Source: Desulfatiglandales bacterium
GTDB lineage: Bacteria > Desulfobacterota > DSM-4660 > Desulfatiglandales > Desulfatiglandaceae
Length of the DNA: 64,000 bases
Direction: 5' to 3'
Assembly: GCA_963662465.1 (NCBI GenBank)
Contig: OY759599.1
Location: 4,544,001-4,608,000 of the forward strand
Shown here: in pieces, positions 1 to 8,711 of the stretch
Numbering within the stretch: position 1 is the first letter of the stretch
How the letters are laid out: every line of letters starts with the position of its first letter
Notes under the pieces: model-generated
What the model saw: the letters and a program-made list of their open reading frames with translations, nothing else
Told to the model about the DNA's origin: nothing
The model's database searches: none
Position numbers and translations under genes: made by a program

Positions 1-244
1 TCAGGACGCTTCTTACCAGACCCAGAACCGTATCGGTTCCGACCTTATCAGGATCGAAAAGCAGAATAAGGCTTCCGCTCTTGGGTCTGGCTTCCGCGCG
101 ATTTACGAGTTCATGGCGTAAAAGTTGATCCTCCAGGATATTGGCCCTCGCGTTGGAAAACCGGATGGCCGGGATTTTCAATCGCAAACGCCCGGGGATA
201 CGATTTTTGATGGTAAACTTCTTTGCAGTCACATTTATAACCAT
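1..244 (-). CDS. N-terminus (runs off window) of HMA2-domain protein, probably a P1B-type heavy-metal ATPase
   Basis: Hand translation from ATG at 244: MVINVTAKKFTIKNRIPGRLRLKIPAIR...VNRAEARPKSGSLILLFDP; PGRLRL and SGSL-x-L-x-FD are HMA2-like; AAGGA RBS; not in ORF track. Confidence 0.65.
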   Translation of the reverse strand, partial: MVINVTAKKFTIKNRIPGRLRLKIPAIRFSNARANILEDQLLRHELVNRAEARPKSGSLILLFDPDKVGTDTVLGLVRSVL

Positions 245-256
245 AATACCGGTTCC

Positions 257-1012
257 TTAAAAATTCATTTCATTGGCTTCAACCTTTATCAATTCGAATA
301 GGTTATTGCCCAGATTCTTCAGTTCGACTTCATATTCCGTCCCGCCGGATGCGAAGCATGCCGGGATACGCAAAACTCCGTCTTCCCCATAGAGGGGGAC
401 CATCTGCACATGGAACTTGTCGATCATCGGCAGGAACTCCATATTAGCAACAGCCTGGGGCCGAAGAGCATTTTGGAAAAATATAATTTCTTCTTCGGTC
501 GCGCTTTTTGTTTTAATCGACGTTCGGTAGGAGAAAAAAGCTTTTGGATAAAGACCCTCCCTTGCCGTAACTTTCCAGGCCCTGCCCGTTGATTTTTGAA
601 CAAAAAAGAACACGGCATCCTGAAGGGTCAGAAGGGTGGGTTCCGTAGCGTTTGCCATAAACAAAATGTCCGAATGAGGCCAGCCCATCACCTCCACAAA
701 AAGCTCTTCGGGTCCATCGGTTGTCCAGCCCGTAACGATTTTGATGTCATCCCTTGGGATCACGCCGTCAGCAAACCGGGATGCCAGCATCTGAAGCGCC
801 CTGAAGCAGAGGCATCGGCAAATGCAGACCTTTGTTTTTCCATTTTCCACTTCCGTTTTAACTTCATCAAAATCATAGACCACGACGGTCTCCCCGGACT
901 TGACAAGCACCTGGTTATGAACAAGGGTATCCGCGTAAACAGTGGCAACCATACAAAGAACCATGGCTAACATGGCCAAAACGGCCCATTTTATTTTTAT
1001 CCTTTTTTTCAT
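257..1012 (-). CDS. exported Cys-rich protein, FmdE-like (tentative)
   Basis: Signal peptide ending VYA; VCICRCLCFRALQ...IPRDDIKIVT resembles the FmdE-type core. Confidence 0.45.
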   Translation of the reverse strand: MKKRIKIKWAVLAMLAMVLCMVATVYADTLVHNQVLVKSGETVVVYDFDEVKTEVENGKTKVCICRCLCFRALQMLASRFADGVIPRDDIKIVTGWTTDGPEELFVEVMGWPHSDILFMANATEPTLLTLQDAVFFFVQKSTGRAWKVTAREGLYPKAFFSYRTSIKTKSATEEEIIFFQNALRPQAVANMEFLPMIDKFHVQMVPLYGEDGVLRIPACFASGGTEYEVELKNLGNNLFELIKVEANEMNF

Positions 1013-1051
1013 TATCGATCTCCTTCAGTATCAATAAGTTATTCTATAAAA

Positions 1052-1909
1052 TCACTCCGACGCATCTTGAGCAACGGGAAGATACACCGAAAATCCGGCG
1101 CCCATTCCCACTTTGCTTTCAACATCGATCCACCCGTTGTGCCGCTGAACGATGGTATAGACGATGGCCAGGCCGAAACCGGTATTGCCTTTTCCTTTTT
1201 TGGTTGAAACAAAGGGGTCGTAGATTCCGGGCAAAACGTCGCGGGGTATCCCCGGGCCGGAATCGGAAACCGTGAGCGACATGAATTTCCCCGGTCTGGC
1301 GTTTCCGTGTTGCAAACAGTCACGAGCCTTCAGAGTTATTTCCTCGGTCGAAATGGAGATAACCCCTTCGTCTTCATCAATGGCCTCCTTTCCGTTATTC
1401 ACCAAGTTTGTGATCACCTGCCAGATCTGAATGGGATCAGCCGCAATCAAAGACGCATGCTCTGAAAATACGGTTTCAATATGAATGTTTTCCGGCATTG
1501 TCTCTCGTAAAAGGGAGATCCCCTTTTTCAGTTCCACATTCAGATCCACCTTCTCCGTCGGGTTCTTGCCGGTCCTGGTCAAATTCATCATGTTTGCCAC
1601 CAAATCCGATGCCTTACGGCAAACCTGGATAATCTGTTCGCATCGCCGGACATTTTTTTCGTTTTTCTCGGAATTCTTGATCAAACCGGCATTTACAGCA
1701 ATAACATGTATGAAATTTTTAAAATCATGGGCAACGCCGCCGGCCATCAAGCCGATGGATTCCATCTTTCGGTCATGGGTATATTCCGCGAGGATATGTC
1801 CCACCGAATCCATATGGCTGTTGACTTCCGCCAAAGACCCGTTAATAGCGCGGGACAGCGTTTCCAGATTGTCCCTCACTTTGCTGATCTGATATTCAAT
1901 ATGCTCCAT
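1052..1909 (-). CDS. cytoplasmic histidine kinase (HisKA + HATPase), no sensor or receiver domain
   Basis: H-box AGGVAHDFKN, NLVNNG, DSGPG, FVSTK..GTGFGL. Confidence 0.9.
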   Translation of the reverse strand: MEHIEYQISKVRDNLETLSRAINGSLAEVNSHMDSVGHILAEYTHDRKMESIGLMAGGVAHDFKNFIHVIAVNAGLIKNSEKNEKNVRRCEQIIQVCRKASDLVANMMNLTRTGKNPTEKVDLNVELKKGISLLRETMPENIHIETVFSEHASLIAADPIQIWQVITNLVNNGKEAIDEDEGVISISTEEITLKARDCLQHGNARPGKFMSLTVSDSGPGIPRDVLPGIYDPFVSTKKGKGNTGFGLAIVYTIVQRHNGWIDVESKVGMGAGFSVYLPVAQDASE

Positions 1910-2024
1910 TCATAATGTCCTTCATCCATGGGAAAAAGCTCACGCCACCGGTATGGAACCGCAACCTCTCACTTGAACCCCGGAGTTGTGAGAGGAAGGG
2001 GCGCGCCGCCATTCCAGCGAATTG

Positions 2025-2055
2025 CCCCGATCCCCTCAGGCCGAGGAGAGAGTTA
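2025..2055. repeat. 31-bp dispersed repeat, copy 1
   Basis: CCCCGATCCCCTCAGGCCGAGGAGAGAGTTA; 28/31 identical to 15568-15598. Confidence 0.8.
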
Positions 2056-2077
2056 TCGGCCTAACTTAAAAATTCAT

Positions 2078-3214
2078 TTAAAATTCCGCCGTTGCCCGCA
2101 GACCGAAAATCCAGCCACTCGGGCTGTCGCCCACATTCATGGAATCCTTCATGTACTGAACATCGCCCGTAATGGCGAAGATATCGTTTAAAGCAAAACG
2201 ACCGTAAACCTCGAATACGTCCGTGTGATCCACGTCCAGGTTGCCGCCCCGCAGATGACCGTAACCGATGCCGAGATTGTCCTGTTCCCGGCCCCAGAGA
2301 TTTCCGCTGATGTTCAGGCCGCCGGTATAAACATCCTTGTAATCAATGGCCGCCTCATCGTCCTGAAAGCCGAACCGGAGCCAGGCCCCCAGGATTTCCC
2401 CCAACTGCTGGTCAAAGGAAAAAAGAACCGCGCTCATGCGTTCCTTTTTATCGCCTTTCACATTGCTGAAATCGCTGCTGCTTGTGTCAACAATTAACCG
2501 GTAGTTTCCTTCGCCCAAGCCGAAATCCACATTGTACCCGAACTGCATGCCGTAAAAATTATAGGGCTCCTCAAATTCCCCTTCCTCGCCGTTGGTCCCC
2601 ATGGCCATGGCCACGCCTTTGATGGAAAATGCACCCAATTCCCACTCGACGGCGCCGCCGATGTCGTAGGACGGCAAAAAGGCGTTGGGACCGTTCACCA
2701 GGGCCTCGTTCATAAACTGACTGAATTCGTCGTTGGCAAAGGCGTTTTCATCCATATAATCGCACGCATCGATAATACCGCCGGTCAGTCCCAGGGAGTG
2801 GTCCTCGCTGAAACTAAAGGTATGCTTGTACCAGACAGTCATCAGATAATCGCGGTTCCTGCTGTTGATATCTTTATAGTCGTCCTGCACGTCCGCACCC
2901 CAAGTAGCCAGAATGAAAGGGGACCTTCCTTCCTCCATCAATCCATTTCCCGCACCGAAACCGAATTTGGCAAACAGTTCGTCGCTGTCGGTTGGCGTAA
3001 AACTGATCTCCGGCTGAAAAACCATGGCGCCCCGACCCTCGGATTCAAACCCTTCGGCATCGCTTAAGTTCTGATACTGCCATTCACCGGCGATAATGCC
3101 GCCAATACTCAATTTATCGTTAATCTCATAACCGAAACCGGAGTTTGCCAGCAAAAAAAACCCACAAATCGCCGGCAAACAAATCAAACCCAACTTCTTC
3201 ATTATTCTCATCAT
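2078..3214 (-). CDS. outer-membrane porin, OprB/carbohydrate-porin-like
   Basis: Signal peptide, alternating beta-strand pattern, GREQDNLGIG, EVYGRF, C-terminal GLRATAEF. Confidence 0.8.
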   Translation of the reverse strand: MMRIMKKLGLICLPAICGFFLLANSGFGYEINDKLSIGGIIAGEWQYQNLSDAEGFESEGRGAMVFQPEISFTPTDSDELFAKFGFGAGNGLMEEGRSPFILATWGADVQDDYKDINSRNRDYLMTVWYKHTFSFSEDHSLGLTGGIIDACDYMDENAFANDEFSQFMNEALVNGPNAFLPSYDIGGAVEWELGAFSIKGVAMAMGTNGEEGEFEEPYNFYGMQFGYNVDFGLGEGNYRLIVDTSSSDFSNVKGDKKERMSAVLFSFDQQLGEILGAWLRFGFQDDEAAIDYKDVYTGGLNISGNLWGREQDNLGIGYGHLRGGNLDVDHTDVFEVYGRFALNDIFAITGDVQYMKDSMNVGDSPSGWIFGLRATAEF

Positions 3215-3462
3215 TGACTTCTTTCCTCCTTCAAAACATTTCGGTGGATACTCTAATCCACATCATTCAGAAATACGGGCAGTTACGGCGCTATTTCCGC
3301 CTGCCCCGAACCTTTTTTCACCTCCTCCCAGGTTCAAATAAAAAGGCGCATACAGGTGCATCTCCATAAACCCATGGCCCTGTCGCGCCTTCACTTGCCC
3401 CGCCTTTTATCGGGACCCGTAAGACATTCACATACCGTTACCGGTCAATCGTTAACGGCTAT

Positions 3463-3648
3463 TCAGTTTTTTCCGCCCTCAATGAGCGCTAAGGAACATT
3501 CGCTGCATCGACTTTCACCACTTCGGCGGACGCCGCGGCATCCACCACAGGTTGAAGCCCTACCATTTTGCCTGAACATTGAAAGGACATACCTAAAGAT
3601 ATAGCGCGCCGCCAGCAGGAAAATGATGCCTATTATGACGTAATCCAT
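3463..3648 (-). CDS. FeoB-associated Cys-rich small membrane protein
   Basis: MDYVIIGIIFLLAA transmembrane segment then CGGC...CSEC; downstream of feoB; start moved to ATG 3648. Confidence 0.7.
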   Translation of the reverse strand: MDYVIIGIIFLLAARYIFRYVLSMFRQNGRASTCGGCRGVRRSGESRCSECSLALIEGGKN

Positions 3649-3726
3649 AACCTTGTTTTCATCATCCGGATAAGGGTTGCTTTTATTCAATGGGGGTTGC
3701 CGGCAACCGGCAACCGATAACCGCCG

Positions 3727-4539
3727 CTACTTCATATCCACGGCCTTGATCCAGATCACAGCGTCCCTAGAGCATTTCTTCCCTTTGTACTTGTAGGAGG
3801 GATCCAGATCCAGGGCCGCAAACCCCCACCAGCCCGCCTTGGGAATGCCGAAAGTGAAGACCCCGTTACTGTCGGCGAAAATGGTCTGGAGCACAAAGGC
3901 ATCCTGAGGCGCTGTTGCATTGGCCTCCTTTGCAAAGGAATTTTTGTCCAACAGGGGCTTGTGGTTCATGTATTCGATCTCGATTTCGGCGCCCGGAACA
4001 ACCTTGCCATTACACAACACACGGCCCTGAAACACATTGCCGGTCCATCGGTCGTAAGGTTTCGAAAGGGGAACGATCTCCGTGGGAAGTCCTACCGGAT
4101 CCATCCAGGCCCCGGGTTCGCCGCCCACATTGACAATCACCTTGGTGTTCTGTTTGATATAGAATGCTTCATTCGCTTCCCAATAGGGTTCCGGAATCAA
4201 ACAAAAGATATGATCCCCTCCCCTGGCAGTATATTCCGTGGCCCAAGCCTTGCCCGAATTGGTCAGGCTTTGCCAGGTGATCGGTTTCAGGGTGTTGAGG
4301 AGATCGGTTTTTTTGGGTTCGTTTTCCCCTCTGGACCGAACCGCGAAGAACTGCTCAGGTTTGCCCATATCCATGGTATGACCCGCCTCAAAGGGATGGG
4401 TAAAAACCAAAACCACGGGGATCTTGCCCCCCTTGTTCATAGCCGCTTCCGGGGTATAAATCATCTGGAAGTGGGCAAACGCGGGAATGCTCATGGCCAT
4501 CACGGCCAGACCCAACAACATCGCTGTCAATTTCTTCAT
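3727..4539 (-). CDS. DUF4198 periplasmic metal-binding protein (Co/Ni uptake-associated family)
   Basis: Signal peptide AFA followed by HFQMI, FTHPF, PYWE, EIVPL, GWWGFAAL. Confidence 0.85.
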   Translation of the reverse strand: MKKLTAMLLGLAVMAMSIPAFAHFQMIYTPEAAMNKGGKIPVVLVFTHPFEAGHTMDMGKPEQFFAVRSRGENEPKKTDLLNTLKPITWQSLTNSGKAWATEYTARGGDHIFCLIPEPYWEANEAFYIKQNTKVIVNVGGEPGAWMDPVGLPTEIVPLSKPYDRWTGNVFQGRVLCNGKVVPGAEIEIEYMNHKPLLDKNSFAKEANATAPQDAFVLQTIFADSNGVFTFGIPKAGWWGFAALDLDPSYKYKGKKCSRDAVIWIKAVDMK

Positions 4540-4668
4540 AAGAAAAACTCCTTTCTTGATTCATGCCTCAAAGTATGAGAGCATCGAATCTATCCTTAAT
4601 TCATGTTAGGGACACCATCGGGGGTGGACTTGGGTCTCAAGGTCAAGCCCACCTCCACTTTTTTAAAA

Positions 4669-4998
4669 TCACTCGGTAATTTTTTTTCCCTCCACTTCCA
4701 CCAGATGCCCGGGGCCCGCGTCAAACTGGACCTTGAAGGGGCCGGAAGGCCTTTTAAACGTAAACTCGCTGTCCTCATCCATCTTGCCCTCGATCAAAAC
4801 TTTTCCGGGCTTGTCCACCACCCGCAACGCAACGCCGGCGGCCGAAGAGCCGTCTGAAAAACCGCCCTCGCAGGTAATGGTGCCATCCCCGTTGTCATAG
4901 CAGGAACAGAGGGGCGTATGGGCAAAACCGAGACCCGCCGTGAGAACGCAAACAGCGGATAGAAACATTATTAAAAACACCCTTTTCATTTCTTTCAC
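4669..4998 (-). CDS. small periplasmic protein (CbiL/NikL-like, carboxypeptidase-regulatory-like fold)
   Basis: Signal peptide then HTPLCSC...EGGFSDGS...DAGPGH; adjacent to DUF4198. Confidence 0.6.
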   Translation of the reverse strand: MKEMKRVFLIMFLSAVCVLTAGLGFAHTPLCSCYDNGDGTITCEGGFSDGSSAAGVALRVVDKPGKVLIEGKMDEDSEFTFKRPSGPFKVQFDAGPGHLVEVEGKKITE

Positions 4999-5009
4999 CT
5001 CCTTTCTTT

Positions 5010-7481
5010 TTAGTTTAAATCAGGGGTTTTTCTGACAAAACCCATCATGACGGTAAAACCCAGGGCAAGCCCGAAAAATGCAACCATTGCTTCAGTTCCA
5101 GTCAATCCCAGGGCGCTTCCCCCCGAGAACACCAGGGTCGCCACGAAGATGCCCAAAAACATGGGATAAATCATGGAAAAGAGCATCCATTTGATAGAGC
5201 CCGACTGAATTTTCACCATAATGGCCGTTGCGATACAGGGAGGATACAGCACCATGAAAAGCATCAGGGCCAGGGCATGCAGGGACGTAAATCCGGTTGC
5301 ACCTTCATCCATCCGTTCTTCCAGGGTCTCGGCCCCTGTTTCGCTCTGATCATAAAGCGCCCCAAGGGTGGCCACACTGCTCTCCTTGGCCGCGAAAGCG
5401 CTTAATAAAGCCACGTTGACCTTCCAGTCAAAACCCGCATATTGGGTGACGGGAACCAGGAATCGACCCATTCGGCCCAGAAAACTGTTGTCGATCTTTT
5501 CCTTTTTGATTTCCCGAAGCAGTTTCTTCCTGGCCTTGGAGAGCTTCTTAAGCGCACGGTTCACCTTTTTGGCTTCCTTATCCTTGCCGGGGTTTATGAT
5601 TTTAAAAAAATCCGGATTCTTTTCTTCAAATTCCTTGTTCAAGGCCAGGGACGCTTCTTTCCCCTTTACACCCATTTTTTCGTTCTTGTATTCGTCCTGA
5701 TAAAGGACCAGGCTCATGAGGTTTTCCCCTTGCAGTTGCTCGGCATAGGGGCTCCCCTCAATTTTGTGGTAAAAGTCCGAAACCACCCTCTCTTTCTGCC
5801 CGGCGTAGTAGGCCTCCCGTTCTTCACTGAGCCCCGGAAACTGGAGCAGCACGAAAATCACCACGGCCACGGCGGCCACGATGGTGACGATTTTTCGGAC
5901 AAAGAGCCAGACCCGCTCCACGGCCCGGCCCAACACCCCCCGAACAGTGGGCAGATGATAAGGGGGCATCTCCATAATAAAGGGCGCCGTAGACTTTTTT
6001 TTGAGCACCGTAAGGGTCAGGAGCTTGGCGATGGGCAGAACCATCAATAAACTGATGGTGGAGATAAAAAACATGGCCATACCCTTGTGCCCGACAAAAT
6101 AGATGTTGATCAAAAGGACATAGAGCGGCACCTTGGCCAGACAGTTCAACAATGGAATGATCAGAATCGTGGCCAACCGGGATCTTTCGTCCGGGATTCC
6201 CTTGGTGGACATGACGGCCGGCACCGCGCATCCCCCTACATAAATGCCCCCCAGCACCATGGGAAGGGTGGAAGAACCATGCAGCCCGAACCTGGAAAAA
6301 AGCCGGTCCAGAATAAAGGCCATTCGGGGCATATAGCCGCTGTCTTCCAGGATGGCGATGAGGCCGAACAAAATAAAAAAAATGGGGATATAGTTTAAGA
6401 GCGCATTGATGCTGTCCACGAACCAGAGGGAAAAGGCGCGGATCAGGGGAACCTCGATGAACCCGGGGGAAGGCGCAAGGGCGGCCGTGATGTTCCTGAG
6501 CTTGGCCAGCAGGGGCCAGGTGTAGTTGGTCAGATTGTAGCCTTGAACAATGGACAGGTAGTAAAGCAGATAGAGAACACCCACCAGAATCATGGGACCC
6601 AGGAAACGGTTGCACACCACCCCGTCAATCTTGTCGGACATGGGACGTCGGTTGCCCGTTTTGGGGGCCACGCAAGCTTTGCCGATAGTCTCGGCATGTT
6701 GATAACGGCAATAGGCGATATGCCTGGCGGGCAAGTCCTCAAATTGCAATTCAAAGGCTTCCCTTTTTTTCGCCGCAAATTCCAGAAAAGGGTCAGGATT
6801 CGAGAGCTTGTCCTGAATATATTTCAGCGTTTCATCATCCCCCTCCATAATTTTTACGGCCAGCCATCTGAGCGGGTAGTCCATGACTTCCGGAACATCG
6901 CTTGAAAGCCTGGTTTCAATTTCCTTTATGAAGGGTTCCATGGGACCATAATCAATATGCATGACCCGGGGGACGGCTTTGGAACGGCCGACCCCGGATA
7001 TGGCCGACAGCAATTCCTTTCTACCCCGTCCGGTCTTGATGGCCGTCTGCACGACGGGTGAATCCAACCGCCCGGCCAATTCCTCGGGGTCGATCCGGAT
7101 GCCCCTTCGCTCCGCCACATCCATCATATTGAGATCAACCACCAGAGGGATCTCCATTTCCAGCAACTGGAGGGTCAAATAAAGATTCCGGGTCAGATTG
7201 GCGGCATCCGCCACATTGATCACGACCGACGGCTTTTCCTCCAGCAAAAACCCGCGGGTTACTCGCTCCTCAAGAGAATATGACGTCAGGCTGTAGGTGC
7301 CGGGAAGATCCACCACCTCCACCGTAAAGCCGTCATGAGTGTAGCGACCGGTCATCTTTTCCACGGTGACGCCGGGATAATTGGCCACATGCTGGCTCGC
7401 CCCGGTTAGGGCATTAAACACCGTGGACTTTCCGCAATTGGGCTGACCAGCCAAGGCGATCAGGACGGAAGCCTGCTTCAT
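5010..7481 (-). CDS. feoB: ferrous iron transport protein B
   Basis: GQPNCGKS, NYPGVTVE, DLPGTYSL, LNMMD, LEDSGYMPR, AKE, LYPPC. Confidence 0.97.
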   Translation of the reverse strand: MKQASVLIALAGQPNCGKSTVFNALTGASQHVANYPGVTVEKMTGRYTHDGFTVEVVDLPGTYSLTSYSLEERVTRGFLLEEKPSVVINVADAANLTRNLYLTLQLLEMEIPLVVDLNMMDVAERRGIRIDPEELAGRLDSPVVQTAIKTGRGRKELLSAISGVGRSKAVPRVMHIDYGPMEPFIKEIETRLSSDVPEVMDYPLRWLAVKIMEGDDETLKYIQDKLSNPDPFLEFAAKKREAFELQFEDLPARHIAYCRYQHAETIGKACVAPKTGNRRPMSDKIDGVVCNRFLGPMILVGVLYLLYYLSIVQGYNLTNYTWPLLAKLRNITAALAPSPGFIEVPLIRAFSLWFVDSINALLNYIPIFFILFGLIAILEDSGYMPRMAFILDRLFSRFGLHGSSTLPMVLGGIYVGGCAVPAVMSTKGIPDERSRLATILIIPLLNCLAKVPLYVLLINIYFVGHKGMAMFFISTISLLMVLPIAKLLTLTVLKKKSTAPFIMEMPPYHLPTVRGVLGRAVERVWLFVRKIVTIVAAVAVVIFVLLQFPGLSEEREAYYAGQKERVVSDFYHKIEGSPYAEQLQGENLMSLVLYQDEYKNEKMGVKGKEASLALNKEFEEKNPDFFKIINPGKDKEAKKVNRALKKLSKARKKLLREIKKEKIDNSFLGRMGRFLVPVTQYAGFDWKVNVALLSAFAAKESSVATLGALYDQSETGAETLEERMDEGATGFTSLHALALMLFMVLYPPCIATAIMVKIQSGSIKWMLFSMIYPMFLGIFVATLVFSGGSALGLTGTEAMVAFFGLALGFTVMMGFVRKTPDLN

Positions 7482-7702
7482 GACAGGGAAACCTCCACAT
7501 ACCTGGCCTCATCGTGGCGCAGACTCACAAAAAACCCTCCCAGGGATATCTCCATGGGATCCTTAAGGGGGGCGTTGCGGATGACCTTGATGGTCAAACC
7601 CGGATAGACGCCCATGTCCAAAAGGCGTTGCCCCAATTGATCGTGAATCATCAGTTTTATAATTCGACATTTATTTCCCGGTTGCAGTTGGTCCAATGTC
7701 AT
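7478..7702 (-). CDS. feoA: ferrous iron transport protein A
   Basis: RLLDMGVYPG...APLKDP...SLR; ATGA overlap with feoB. Confidence 0.95.
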   Translation of the reverse strand: MTLDQLQPGNKCRIIKLMIHDQLGQRLLDMGVYPGLTIKVIRNAPLKDPMEISLGGFFVSLRHDEARYVEVSLS

Positions 7703-7804
7703 GAATCTTTCCTCCTCGCTTGAGCGACGACTTCAGCTTCCTTTTCGAATTAGATCTTATTCTTAAATATCGTTATTGCGAATTTCATTCCAATACAAAC
7801 ATAA

Positions 7805-7822
7805 CGATAGAAATACCTAACT
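7805..7822. promoter_or_regulatory. putative DtxR-family operator upstream of feoA
   Basis: CGATAG-N6-CTAACT, degenerate version of AGTTAG-N6-CTAACT at 10835 and 11527. Confidence 0.55.
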
Positions 7823-7861
7823 TCAAAAGCGAAATCTAATTATCACAACAAAAAAAAATTA

Positions 7862-8248
7862 TCAAGGTTTTTGTTGCGATAAAACAGCTTTTTTCCCGAC
7901 GGCGCAACGGCAGTGGACGCAATCTCCACTGCAACCACAAGGGCGTTGTTTGGAAACCACCAGCACCTTGCTCCCGTCCGGGGCCATCTTGAACCCATTT
8001 TCACCTTTGAAAAACAGGCGGTGAGTCGGCACCCCGCCCTGTTGAAACCGGCATCGAAATGTACTGCAGCCAAACCCATGCATCTTTTTCAGATGGTTGG
8101 TATCAATAAACACCCGGCCCTTTCCATCGTATTTGTCCCGCATAAAATGGATCAATTCCCAAGCCGAAGTACCGTCAAAATCACCTTTCGGCATTAGGTG
8201 TAAATTCCCGTTGCTCTTTTTGCATTGCACCTGAAAATTGCTACTCAT
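7862..8248 (-). CDS. STAS-like protein with C-terminal Cys cluster
   Basis: GGAGG RBS before ATG 8248; LHLMPKGDFDGTSA..RVFIDT..L STAS-like pattern; CGCSGDCVHCRC tail. Confidence 0.6.
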   Translation of the reverse strand: MSSNFQVQCKKSNGNLHLMPKGDFDGTSAWELIHFMRDKYDGKGRVFIDTNHLKKMHGFGCSTFRCRFQQGGVPTHRLFFKGENGFKMAPDGSKVLVVSKQRPCGCSGDCVHCRCAVGKKAVLSQQKP

Positions 8249-8283
8249 GCAAATTCCTCCTAAAATAGTATCAATACTAAGCA

Positions 8284-8463
8284 TTAGTCTTTATATATAG
8301 TCAATTTTTCTGAAATAATACGATCAATATCCTTGGACACGGAATTCTTGGCCTTCAGCCTGGAGCCCATATTGATGACGCCAAAACCTTTTGATTTGAA
8401 TTCAGCACGTCTTTCCGCCGACCAAATTCCCGCAAAAGGAGCTGTACCTACATTTTTCTTCAT
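8284..8463 (-). CDS. small hypothetical protein
   Basis: GGAGG RBS before ATG 8463; 59 aa; co-oriented in cluster. Confidence 0.45.
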   Translation of the reverse strand: MKKNVGTAPFAGIWSAERRAEFKSKGFGVINMGSRLKAKNSVSKDIDRIISEKLTIYKD

Positions 8464-8711
8464 ATTGTATACCTCCAATTAAGAAAATGTTTCCCCCCAA
8501 ACACACTGCCTGCAAGCGCTGATTGCCCCCTTGAACCATGAATGCCTCCTCTAAGACTTTTCAGGAATGCCTCGCAGGCACCATGGTTCTCTTTTGCAGC
8601 AGGCGCCATGCCTCCTTAAATTGCGAATACTTGCTTCTTGCCCGATCAGACTCGGACGACAGAGAAATGCTGCATTTTGGCATGGCCGTCTGAGGAGTAA
8701 TGAAATAGGTT

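Noticed and set aside
7768..7809. Fur-box-like AT-rich inverted repeats before feoA (also 11661-11678)
   Set aside because: Only about half of the consensus positions match or the spacing is off; the DtxR-type box explains the region better
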